In this document: piece by piece, positions 12,735 to 26,100 of the stretch
How positions within the stretch are numbered: position 1 is the stretch's first letter
Layout: every line of letters begins with the position of its first letter
Assembly (NCBI GenBank): GCA_965644265.1
Contig: OZ286467.1
Location: 63,240,001-63,304,000 of the forward strand
Length of the DNA: 64,000 nt
Reading direction: 5' to 3'
Origin: Glycera tridactyla
Lineage: Eukaryota
Made by a program: the position numbers and the translations under genes
Notes under the pieces: model-generated
Told to the model about the DNA's origin: nothing
What the model saw: only the letters and a program-made list of their open reading frames with translations
The model's database searches: none

Positions 12735-15700
12735 TTTGTTAATACTATAATTATTATTATCATTATCATTCTCATTGATATTATCATTGATATCATCATT
12801 ATTATTATCATCATCAATACTATTATCGTTACTATCATTGATATTATCATTGATATCATTATCATTATTATTATTATTGTGTAGAGGAAGAAGACCCAAC
12901 GAATCACATACTCCAAAGATGTCAGTTTATTCCTCTGGTGTGGACAGCAGGAAGACAGATGATCATGCAGAGAACAAGCAACGACGGGCTACTCAGTACA
13001 TGGCACATCACGACTCATGCTGAAGAAACGTCTTGAAAAGAGATGGGAGCTCAGACTCTGTGGAAGGTCAGGGAGAGTCCATGAAGCTTTTCAGACTGCA
13101 TCTTCATCAGGTGGTTTTTGATCTGCCCTGACGCGTGAGCCCGAACACCAGAGAAATGGAGCTAGAGTTTCAGTGGTGACGGGTGTACTGAGGTACCCTG
13201 CTGGGGAATGAGTACCCCTTACCCAGGGAATACGTAACCCCCTGCGAGGGATCAATTTGATCCTATGATCGGTGAATAGGGAAACCAATGACATGGTCTG
13301 TAGTAACCAATGGGATATGGAGCCAGGGTAAAGAAATGTATGATAGGTGAAATGAAGGGTTATGTAATTGGGCTGACGGAAAAATGGAGGAGAAAAACGG
13401 GAGTCATCATTATTATTATTATTGTTATTATTATTATTATTATTAATACTATTGTTATCATCATCATCTTTTTGACATCACATCATCAGTACTATTATAC
13501 TCATCGATTGTCCTGGTGGCCTCATCAACCCCGCAAACCTACCGGATGTGGGACCGCAAGACGTCAGGAAATGGTATTGATACAGGGTAGTGAGTTCGGG
13601 ATAATAATGACGGCCCAGGCTGTTAAATTGTGTTACATATTGCCCTCGTTCATTGAAATTTTCCTAAAGCTTGATGAGAGTCTATCGATATCTCAAATAA
13701 AAATATATCATGACGACATGGGTTGGGTACTTTCTCTCGACAGCAATTCTTTGTTTTCATGATGGAGGGCTTAGATCATCTTTCATCGCTCAGAGAATCA
13801 TGCAGGTGAAAATGCACGATTCCCAAAATAAACTTTCCAAGTATGGAAAGGTCTTCATGTGTTGACTTTTTGTTTGGTGTTGTATCTGATTCAAGAATCC
13901 TTCACATGCATTTATAATTTTATGTTTGTCTTTTTTCCATAATTCGACACCAGCATACGAGTGTGGAGAAGGAAGTTTGGAGGAGGAGTTCTCTCACGAT
14001 GAGCTGCCATACGGGGTGGAGGTCAGCTATCAAGGTCAAACTGATGTGTCCTACTACAGCCTCAGATATGAGGATGACGTCACAGATAATGACCGCCAGT
14101 TGAACGTCACCTGTGACACCAGCCTGATCATTTCAGACCAGAGGTAAACTTTCATTCTCATATGGATTTGTTTGAATTTTATTCTTTATTGGTTGATCAG
14201 ATTTGAACAGAATAAACATGTTCATCGTCAGGTCGACGATACATCGNNNNNNNNNNNNNNNNNNNNNNNNNNNNNNNNNNNNNNNNNNNNNNNNNNNNNN
14301 NNNNNNNNNNNNNNNNNNNNNNNNNNNNNNNNNNNNNNNNNNNNNNNNNNNNNNNNNNNNNNNNNNNNNNNNNNNNNNNNNNNNNNNNNNNNNNNNNNNN
14401 NNNNNNNNNNNNNNNNNNNNNNNNNNNNNNNNNNNNNNNNNNNNNNNNNNNNNNNNNNNNNNNNNNNNNNNNNNNNNNNNNNNNNNNNNNNNNNNNNNNN
14501 NNNNNNNNNNNNNNNNNNNNNNNNNNNNNNNNNNNNNNNNNNNNNNNNNNNNNNNNNNNNNNNNNNNNNNNNNNNNNNNNNNNNNNNNNNNNNNNNNNNN
14601 NNNNNNNNNNNNNNNNNNNNNNNNNNNNNNNNNNNNNNNNNNNNNNNNNNNNNNNNNNNNNNNNNNNNNNNNACGGATAGATGGATAGACGAACTAATAT
14701 ACAGCCAGATAGACAGCCAGCCAGCCATGCAACCAGACAGACAGACAGACCGGCCATAATCATTCATCGGGGCTGAAATATGACCGTATCCTTGATGTTG
14801 ACAGACCTGGAACGACCACCCTGAAGCGCCTGAAAGTAGAGATTAAAGGTGTGACTTCACTCAACTTCCGCCTGAGCGATGCTGATGGGGGCCAGATGCT
14901 GGAACAAGTGAGTATTCCATTATCTAGAAATGCACAAATGTGAACAACCTATCTCAGGCCGCTCAACCTATGGACGAATTGTGTGCGACCTGCGTTTGGT
15001 TTTTAAGTGTTTTTTTTTATCAAAAAGGAAAATGAAAATTATGGGTCTCGTGATTATATCATCACTGGTTTATATCTATGTAGTGGACATCGAAGGCCAT
15101 AAGACAACCGAGTGTTCACCTACAGTAGTGATGGATTATATGCGTGAATCAATTCGATCCACCACGCTGTATTCACTACAAAATCTTGAATCACAACCTA
15201 AAAATTATTCTGCCCTTCTTCTTTCACATCAGATCGTGGTGGTTTTATATGGTGGATGATCATGATCATTTTCACATTAATCATTGATGAATCAATATAT
15301 TCATCCATCTATCCACCCGGGCAGCAATCCATCCATCCATCCATCCATCCATCCATTCATCTATCCGTTTATCCATTCATTCCTCCATTCACACATCAAT
15401 CTGTTCATCTACCAAATCATCCGTCCAGCCCACTGTCTGTCCGCCTGTGAATTCGTTTTTCTAGCCATCCATTTATTGATCAATTTATCTACTTCTTCCA
15501 TTTGTGTGTCCATACATTCATATGCCCATCTATTCATTCATCCATCCGTGTATCATCATGACTGTCTTTCTGCGTGGCATCTACCCACCCACCCAACCAC
15601 CCACTTACCCACCTATCTATTAATTTATGTATCCAACCAACCAACTGACCAACCATCCAAATGTCCTTCCATACTCCATTTATCCATCTATATATCGATT

Positions 15701-18700
15701 TGACCGTCTGTCTGCCTGCCTGTATGTCATCTTTGTATGTTTCATCCATCCATCCACCCATCAAACAACTCACCGGATCATCCATCCATCCATCCATCCA
15801 TCCATCCATCCATCCATCCATCTATCAACAAACCCACCCATCTATCAATTCATTCATCCAAACAACCAAACAACCAACTAACCATCCAACTTCCCTTCAT
15901 CCATCTATCCATCTAATAATCGGTTTGGCTGTCTGTCTCCGCGCCTCTGTCATCCTACTCGTTCATTTGTATAGTTTATCCAGTCATCAGCCCATCCAAC
16001 AATTCACCCAACCACCCATTCATCAATCTACCCACCCGCCTATCTATCCATTCTTTCATCGAAGCATCCTCGGATGTGCAACCTTTCAAGAATTTCATGA
16101 AGGAACTACGGTTTCTCGATTAACTGTATATTTAACACTAGTACTTATGTATCTAGTCCATTATGATCTTTTTGGTACTTTCCAAATGTTAGAAAATATG
16201 CAAAGCCACCATAACGGTTATCTATGTGATGGCTAGTATTTAAATTCAGTGAACCATATTATCTATATGTACATGGGTCACTTTATATCATATTCACATC
16301 ATTCATCATCATCCACCATCTTCATCAATCATATCATCCTTCATCATCACCACATGTTTTTTTTAGTTAAATATATGTGTATTAGATGTAAGAAAATATG
16401 CAAAGCCACCATAACGGTTATCTATGTAATGGCTAGTATTCAAATTCAGTAAATCATATTATCTATATGTACATGGGTCACTTTATATCATATTCACACC
16501 ATTCATCATCATCCACCATCTTCATTATTCATATCATCCTTCATCATCACCACATGTTTTTTTTAGTTAAATATATGTGTATTAGTTTCGTCACCCTGAA
16601 GATGTACGCGTTGTTTATAGTGTATTATTGCATCGACGAAGATTAATAAAGTGTTAAAATAAAAACATTAACTATCCTCCTATCCTTCCACCCATTCATT
16701 TATTCTTCCATCCACTCATCCATCCATCCAGGCACTAATCCATCGAGTGATCAATCAACCAACAATCAACTAATCAATCAATCAATCCATCGGTCAAATA
16801 TCATCATCTGCATTGCTCTCTGTCCAAGCCAGCTCCTCATGCAACCATCTCTCCATTCCCAAGGTTGACGTTCCCCAAGCCTCTTCAGAAACCACTACTG
16901 TCATATCATCAAACTCTGGAGAAAACTTCGAATCAATTACCGTGGAGTTCCTCACATGCAATACAGACGGGCCAGTTTTCATCAGACAAGTCGTCGTACA
17001 AGTGTGCTACACTCCAAGTCGTAAGTTCGCCCAGCCTCTGGGTCTCCCTGACTTGCAGGCATTAACTAGAAGCTTACTATTCCCTACACTGATTTTCAAA
17101 AATTATCTAGAAGCATATCATATTTGACCGGGATTTGCTAATTTTATCCAGGAGTATATCATATTCGATCTTGATTGCCAATGTTATCGAGGATTTTATC
17201 ATATTCGATCCGATTTTCTAATGTTATCTTGAAGTATATCAATCACGACCGTGATCCTCAAATGTTATTTAGAAGCAAATCATATTCGACCCCTTCTCAA
17301 AAATGTTATTCGGAAGCATATCATATTCGACCTTTTTTTTTCAAATACTATCCAGAAGCATATCATATTCGACCTCTTTTCGAAAATGTTATTCGGAAGC
17401 GTATCATATTCGACCTCTTTTTTTCGAATACTATCCAGAAGCATATCATATTCGACCTCTTTTCAGAAATGTTATTCTGAAGCATATCATATTCGACCTC
17501 TTTTTTTCAAATGCTATCTAGAAGCATATCATGTTCGACGCTGTTTTTTTCAAATATTATCTATAAGCATATCATATTCGACCTCGATTCTCAAATGTTA
17601 TCTAGGAGCATTTCCTATCTGATCCTGATTTTCGAGTGTTATCTAGAAGCATATCATATTTGATCCTGATTTTTAGATGTTTTGTAGGAGTGTAGCATAC
17701 TCCTAATCGTGTGAGCTACCTTAACAAGTCCCGGTCATGGTCATTAGGTTCCCACCTTACTAGTGGAGTGGAAGGTAGGAAGGTAGGCGGAAAACACCCG
17801 AGAGCCATATTTTTCAGGAATCAGTTCGATGACATAAGTATCAACCAAGTAATGGTATAATATGGACATCCAAGGGCTCCTACTCAATCAAGCATGGGCT
17901 CCTCTTCGCAAGAGAAGCTGAAAAGAGCAACAATATAGGCCCTTCAAGAATATGGGACTGTATTTATCCTAAGGAAATGGTGAGAAATGGGCGAGAAATT
18001 CCCTCATAGAAACTTTCATGATGTTGATCCACAGACATAATAGAAAACGCCCGAACATCTGAGAGTTGGCGAGATATTTGGTCTGCAAACTGTGTCATCG
18101 GGTCGCCATTGATTAACCTATTCGAGAGAAAACCCGTCCAGAATGTGGAACTCAATAATGACGCATGAATCGTAGAAAAACACCCACGGACTGTATCTCG
18201 GGAGAGCGACTTATATGATAAATAGGTGATTGACCACAAATCGGCAACAGAGAATGCCCCCTTCCAGACAATATAATACAATGCAATTATGAGGAAATGA
18301 AATTCACAGTATGTGAAGTGATATACCAGTTGACCAAAAATTTCTGAATCATCAGCACAAGGGACTCTAATGGTGATACAGTACCGTTAAAAGTCTGTCA
18401 TCTGAAATCGTCGACCTGTCAGTAGTGATTTGCCCTTTTTAAGGGTGCCTGCCTTGCGGGCATCCTTCGTCTCACCACTCCCACTTGGGACTGCAGTTTA
18501 GATGACAAAAATGCACAAACTTTAAGTTTTTTTGGCATGCCAGTAGATGGTGATAAACTGCTCTGATTCCCATGTAACTTGCCATAGGTGTTGTGAAGGC
18601 ATGTCTGCTTTGCATGGATCACTTGGAAAGCTCTTCATAAGTCTACTTGTCATGAAAATGGCTCCTGCTTCCAGGAAATCCCTGCCAGTTCATGATCGAT

Positions 18701-21700
18701 GTTGACTCTCTATCAGGTTTGATGCTGCTAATGATATGAATACTCTCTACCTTTTATCTTATTCTATTTTATTTCATTTTGAACTGATGTTTAATTGAGC
18801 ATTATGGGTATACATCGAAGCATTTCAATCTTGGGAGGCATTAAATCATTTGATTGCATGATTTAGTGATTCATAAGTGAAATTCACATGTTTAATGACC
18901 GGGTTTTGAGAATAAGATATCCCTATCCTGGCCATTTCGACACAGTGAGCAGCAGGTGGACTGGATGAATGTGGCGCCCACTTGAATGGCAGGAAATTCG
19001 AATTAATTTCTCTCACAATCACCAGCAGAGGAATGTGTTTTACCAGGCATCCTTTTTTCGGCATACATGCCTGGATCCGATATAATTGCAATGCAATTCA
19101 AGCGACTATGTTTCGATTCGGGAACGAAATATGTTTTGGAAACACTTTGCAAATCGATTGCCTGAGTAAAGCTTCACGTTTTCTCCAGGCAGGAAAGATG
19201 AAATACTACAATCATGTCGGGAATTATTCAGTACATCATGTGGAATTGCAGACAAGATATTCTGAATACATGCAGCATAGGCCCTTGAAACACATCTGTG
19301 GGGAACAATTAGCCATCACTGTCAAACGAGTCCATGATTGATACCTTCAGGAGAGAGCCAGATCCTCTCATACCATCCAAAGACCTGTTAGTGACAATTT
19401 AGAGACATTTCCTCACCTTTCCAAGTGAATTTATATTTGGGCCTTTCAAACAGTGATTCCGTACAAACATGCAATTTTTCATTAGGAATCAGCTGACACT
19501 GACATGGGATACGTTGAAATGCATTGAAGGTCTCGTGTTTTCTTGAAGGAATAGGTGTTTGGTATAGGTGTGTCCTGATACATGATGGGGGTAATCGTCC
19601 AATGACCACTCAGAGGCAAAGTGATTACTGGGGAGCTTTGTTCCAGCACATACAATGGCAGCAACACCATTTCGAGAAAACATGGGGTTGATTCCTCACA
19701 CGCAGGTATCGGTATTTCTTGAGCAAATTTTTAGTTTTTTTGTTTTTGAATGTCATCGCACTTGTGATATGGAAGAATCGTAATAAAATCGGATAATTAC
19801 ATGTGTTCGAGTTTTCATTTCCCCGGGTAAATGAATATTTGAGAGGCTACATCGGTCCAGGGTCGAGAGAATGCGTATGTGCGAAGTTACTTTTTTGCTT
19901 CCGCTATCTGTTCACTCGTCTCTCCACTTGTTCCTTTAACATTCCTCTTTTTTCTCTCTCACTTATTCTGTTTTACCCCCAGGACATCAGATAGGGGATG
20001 GGGACCCCATATTGCCACGCAGCCGGCTCCATGAAGCCGATGACAATTTCCCCTGAGGGCAGCTAAAGTTTGGAACTCCCACCAAACGAACTACGACGTG
20101 CGCCGAGCATTCATAGCTTCAAAAAAAGGCCTCCTGAGATACCTGAAGTACTATACTTATATCATTCCTAGCAACATGGATCCATGTTGAAGATCCGTCC
20201 TTTAGTATACCCTGAACATGCATTGAAATATTTGGTTCATTGAGTTATTCCTGATGTCATGACGTCATTACTGCTTATTATATATGTATTCAATTAGGGG
20301 GGGGGGGGGGATTTTTCTTCATGCCATCCCCGTGACGAGTTCAAATCAAGATTTTCAAATCAAAATTCAAACATATCTGACCACCAGAAGACATTTGTTT
20401 CAAATTCTCTTTATATGCAGGCGGATCTATACCAACGAACCGTAGATGTACAGAAGTACCAAACCACTATCATTCCTACCAGCATTGCAAATTCAGTTTT
20501 TTATATTATCAACATCCTTTGTCATATCAACTTCTCCCTCATAAATACTATAATCATTTATTTGTCTATAACAGGCCAATGTTATTGTATTGAAGATAAA
20601 AGTTGATTAGAATCAGCAGCTTTGACAATCATCAGCAACTTTGACAATCATTGCAAGGAATGCACTGTGGGGTGTTGTTCCCTGATCTGTTCCTTTTTGG
20701 TTCCAGCTCAAGCAACTACTGAAGCAGGTATGTACAGATTCCCCACTTNNNNNNNNNNNNNNNNNNNNNNNNNNNNNNNNNNNNNNNNNNNNNNNNNNNN
20801 NNNNNNNNNNNNNNNNNNNNNNNNNNNNNNNNNNNNNNNNNNNNNNNNNNNNNNNNNNNNNNNNNNNNNNNNNNNNNNNNNNCATCTTCATCTTTATCTT
20901 CCAGGTCATCATCATCTTAATCCCAGTTGCCATCATCGCCATCAACATCCTTCTCCCCCCCCTTCTCCTCCTCCTTCTTTTCCTCCTGCTCCTTCCATCC
21001 ATTCTCCCCCTCCTGCTGCTCCTCCTCCTCATCATCATCCCCATGCTCATCATTCATCAGTCTATGTATAATAGTGCACTGAACGCCATCCTTGTCACCC
21101 ACATCGGCAATTTAGTATTGCCTGTCATCAACGTCATCATTTCTCATCGATATCACCTATCTCATCATCATTACTATAATGATGGGCATACCCATAACAT
21201 GCAAACGTAGAGATGATGATGACAGTCGATGAAAATCACAAGTGGATGTATTATGAATAGTTTACTGACCATTTCATTTTTGGTTTCAGCTAGAGCCACC
21301 ACTGAAGCAGGTATGTATCCATTCCAATTTTCGTTGTCCTCGGAGGCATTTCAGTCTTGATTAAGTGTCATCATTCTCGTTTGATTATATATATGTATAT
21401 GATAGAATTGTTGCAAGACAAAGTCCACAAAGAGTGAAAGGAAGTCGCAAAGGAAAAACCGAAACTTCGTACATACAAAGTGGTCAAAGACTTCGAAAGG
21501 CCAACAAACTTGGTTATGAACAACCTATCAAGGAACCAACGAAGTGTCACGGCGAAATTCCTTTGCGGAATCCTTCCCCTTGAAATAGAAGTAGGTCGAT
21601 ATGAAGAAAAAGGCCCGAAGAAAGGCTCTGTAACATATGTAAAAATGGAGAAGTCGAAGATGAAGCTCACATTGTGTTTGAATGTAATGAATATGGACAG

Positions 21701-22477
21701 ACCAGACCGAATGTAAGCAACCTGATGAGCCTATCCAATGACTTTCAGGACATGACAAAGCAAGTGAAGTTAAGACGCATGTGTTCAGTGAACAATATCA
21801 AGTATTTCAGTCGTCTCCTAGAAAGCCTATATATGCCACGACGCAAGATCTTCTTTCCATGAATCCCCACATTTCCGTGAATCCCCACAGTCGGGAAATA
21901 TCACTTCTTATATTCTATGATACAAGTATATGTATATCTATTGTGATGTAATTTGTGTATATGACACGAGAGAATTTTCTACCCATGTATGAATTATTTT
22001 ATGTAACTGCCCGTAATAATGCAACTTAAACCGGTTAGTGTATGTAGTATTAGGTAAAAGGATGGAACACAACACACTTATGTCTCAGTGGTAATTGAGG
22101 AGTTACATCGAGTCGGATAGGCCCGTCAGGGGCCGGGAGCTTGATTATCTACGTATTTTAATTATATTGAAATGAATCTGAATTCTGAATTGCATGTGAT
22201 AATATGAGCCTAAATGTACGATTTTTTGAATTTATTGAATTTGAATGTATACGTATTTATTATAAATATTGAATTTTGAATTTGAATATTGAATCGCATA
22301 TGATGTCATAAACCTATATGTATGAATTTCTGAATCCATTAAATTTGAATTTGAATTTTTCGAATGTATACGCAAAATGCATGTGAAATGAAATATGACG
22401 TTTGGAACACCTTCATTAAGTATATAATGCTGACGACTCGTTAATAAAGAATTGTTAATTGTTATATATATTTGTGC

Positions 22478-22522
<45 letters not shown>

Positions 22523-23034
22523 TGCGTGCGTATATGCATGCATATAACAATATGAAAAAACAACTACTCCTTGACTGGCGAATATTCTCTTTTCACCTAT
22601 GATCTTTTGTGGATTACAGCTGGTTGTCCGTTCGATACAACGCTGGCGGACGCAACCTCGTCTAACACCAGCCCGAATACGGACACGGCAGACATGTCCT
22701 GGGTCGGAAGTGGCACTTTCTGGCAGTGCGATCCCGCTATGGATGCGGCACAGACGGCTGCGATCACTATTAGCGTCAACGCTGGTCCTCGATCGTTCAC
22801 TAGTATTCAGTTTGAATGCAAATGCGTCTCTGTGTACACCATCCAAGTCTTCGAAAACATGTTCTCCATGAACCACGAAATAGCACGGGTATGGCATCTG
22901 GCATTTAGCAAACATGTATATATTTATATTTGATGGCCTAGATGACAAACAGATGGACAGATAGACAGGTAGACAGATAGGCAGACTGATGAGCCATGAA
23001 ATAACACGGGTATGGCATTTCTTATTCAGCGAAC

Positions 23035-23100
<66 letters not shown>

Positions 23101-26100
23101 TTCTTTTCAAGAATGATGTGAGTAGACATTTTAATCAACATGATCACAGAGGCAAAGACTGATGGATGGAACCAATAATAACTACTATTCTGGGAACACT
23201 TTCTCAATTACTTGTTCAGAAATCAGCAAAAAACATCTGTGAGACACACCCACAAACACNNNNNNNNNNNNNNNNNNNNNNNNNNNNNNNNNNNNNNNNN
23301 NNNNNNNNNNNNNNNNNNNNNNNNNNNNNNNNNNNNNNNNNNNNNNNNNNNNNNNNNNNNNNNNNNNNNNNNNNNNNNNNNNNNNNNNNNNNNNNNNNNN
23401 NNNNNNNNNNNNNNNNNNNNNNNNNNNNNNNNNNACAGAGCGTGTGCGCCCGTCGACGGCAAAACTCGAAATGGCGTCAAGGGTTCACAACAGTCGGGTG
23501 TTCAGTTAACAATAGCTAACAATCGCTAACGTTCTGTAACGGAAACAGGGTCCCCATCCTTGGTTGAGACACTTAAGATATAGAATAATTGATTTGTTAG
23601 CTCAACTGAACAGCCTGCTGGTGTGATGTCCTCAGCGCGTCGCTAAAGGCACCAGGTGACACTTTCTATGGTCAGTGACATCTGGTGTCACTCCTTGTGA
23701 CTTTTATGAAGCCGAGTTTCGGCCCTGTTTTGTCCTCTTCAGTCGCCTTGAGGTTTCACATCAGACTAATTGTTTATTGCTCATCCTATGTGAACTGGCT
23801 GATGCTTCCTTATTTCTCACATGTCCATGAATTGCAAGTGCCATGCATCAAATAGGTGACCTGATAATACTGGGGTTATAATTCAGATGATTTATTGCTA
23901 CATTATCTGAATGTACACTGCTACTGTCTCAAAATATGGCAATCAAGTAGATGAGGCAACAAGTATATAGTATTTAATATATACTACCTCCGGAGAGAGA
24001 GGGAGAATTGATGATCTCTCCTCTTCCATTAGGTCCGAAGGGGGGGGGGGTTGAGTTGACTGATATTGTGCCTGTTGGCCTGCCTATAGTGTCGTAAATT
24101 GGGAGCCGAAGGACCATTGTGAAGTCCCTTTTGGTGGAAAAAGTCCGGTACATGAAGGTTCATATTTCTCACTGCCCTATGACACATGAGTAAAAAGATG
24201 TCTGCTGATGTCATTCCCCATGTTTTTCCGCCCTATTGATACTGCATGAGCTTCAAACCTCATATGTAGGCTATTACTTGTTTGGCCCACACATTATTTC
24301 TTGTATTTCTTGCAGGTGATGCAGTGAATGATATCACTGCTCTGACAGCTTACATTTTTTTTGCTCTCATATTCTCGACCTGTCACTGAGCTTTTGATTC
24401 TCTCTGTATGATTCAGCAGGTGGCAAAACTGACATCTTCTGTTTCGAGAGCTATTCGCATATTTACCCAATGATGTTCACCAGTACGAACTTGTGTGCTG
24501 AGGATGGGAAGGCCTTCGCCAGTAGATCTCGTAGGTCAGGGGGGCGTATGTACCCAAAAGTTATTTCAGTCTCAGCTGAGATCTTGATTGCTTGTGATTT
24601 TTCCAGTAAATCCAAACATTCATTTATCATTTCTGTCGGTACTGTGAGTCCGGGACTATAGGTAGTGATGGAAAATAGACCTCGGTCCCAATCCAATTTC
24701 AGTTTCCTAATTTCCATTTTATCCCCTGTTCTTCCAGGAGCTCATGTCCGCTTTGCCTATTTGTTCGTTAGAGGCTGTCCATATTTTTTCAAAAGATACC
24801 CTCTTCTGAGTAAACTGCAGATCGGAGTTTCAGTGCTATCAACAAAATCTGATTTTTTACTGAAAATTCTTTTCAATATCAAGAATTTGCTGTTTGCAGT
24901 TGGCCGGATGTGTCGACCTGTAATACAGAAATGAGTGGCTATCTGTTGGTTTACTTTATAGGTCAGTCCACATTTGACCATCCTCTGATGGGTTGAGGTA
25001 TCTGAAAAGACTATTCAGTTGAGTGTTCCATGGTTAATTCGTTTCTTTCATGGCAACTCTTTAGGTGGTTTAGGAATTTCAGCAATTCAGGTTCACCATG
25101 CGTCCAGCCTAGGACAATATCTTCTAGAATTATTTTGTAGAAGAGTGGCTGATTGTCATATATGGAGACATTGTTTGACTCAAAAATTCAGACAGACAGG
25201 AGGGTGTTTGCCAGGTTAGGAGCTACTCTTGACCTCGTAGTCATTCAACCACCTTGAAGATAATGTTCCTCATTGAACTGGGAGTTATAGCAGTTTAGAG
25301 TATCATCCAGAAACTCTGTGATAGATGAGTTTCGGGGTCTAGATGATGTATCATGATAGTTACCCAGAACGCTCCCCACACTTGCTAAACCTTCATTTGT
25401 TGGTATATTCGCCTGAAGACTGGTAACATCCATGATGACCAAGATGCTGTTTTTCGGAACTGGCGTAGTTGTCAATTCCAAGGATAAAATGCATAGTATC
25501 ACTGAGGTTTGATTTCAACTCTCGAATAAATGGTTCAAAAAATGGTTTGCCAACTGAGATTTTTCTGTTGGGCATTCATTGGCTGAAACTATGTGTCGAC
25601 CAGGGAGACTTTTGCAGGATTTTCTTGAATTTTCGGGAACAGGTAAAACTAGGCAGTTCTTGGAATTTTTGATATCAGATATTTCTTTGTTTCTCCATTT
25701 ATTTCTCCCTCCAGACACAATCATCCTACCAGCTCTGTGCCTTTTTATTAGTGATGTCACTCAGATTGGTATCTGTTTTCCGATAGTGTCAGATAAGTGT
25801 CTCACACCTTCAGCAATGTTGTCATCCCTGATCATGACCACCATGCTGGACCCTTTGTCTGCCTTCCTGATGACAATCTTTGGGTTTGATTTTGGTTGAG
25901 GCTAAAACGTTTACTGCAACCAGAGTGATCACCATCACCAGTGATTTATCCAGTGGCCAGTTCGATTTTGGGCTGAAATCCTGGTGTTCAAAATAATCAA
26001 ACTGACACCCACAGGTCCAGATGTTTGTGATGTTGTGTGGGTTGGTGGTTGTGAGTCCTTCTGTGTGTTCTAAGAGGTATCACTTTAGACCTTCTGAGAT

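Noticed and set aside
14172-14767. Long ORFs containing X runs (also at 20613-21071 and 23166-23529)
   Set aside because: Artefacts of N-gaps.
15256-16236. HPSI/MDGW-repeat ORFs
   Set aside because: Translations of the (ATCC)n microsatellite.
17700-20300. Short ORFs in the long intron after domain 2 (also 29341-30043)
   Set aside because: No recognisable motifs or consistent splice phases; possibly very old transposon debris, but I cannot support a call.
20421-20447. Possible 21- or 27-nt exon after ttatatgcag
   Set aside because: Only weak donors (gtagat, gtacag) and no similarity to the microexon family.
22986-23015. ctgatga-gccat-gaaa hammerhead-like core
   Set aside because: No pairing for stems I or III.
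22232-23044. 270-aa minus-strand ORF
   Set aside because: Antisense shadow of the domain 3 exon plus TG/TA microsatellites.
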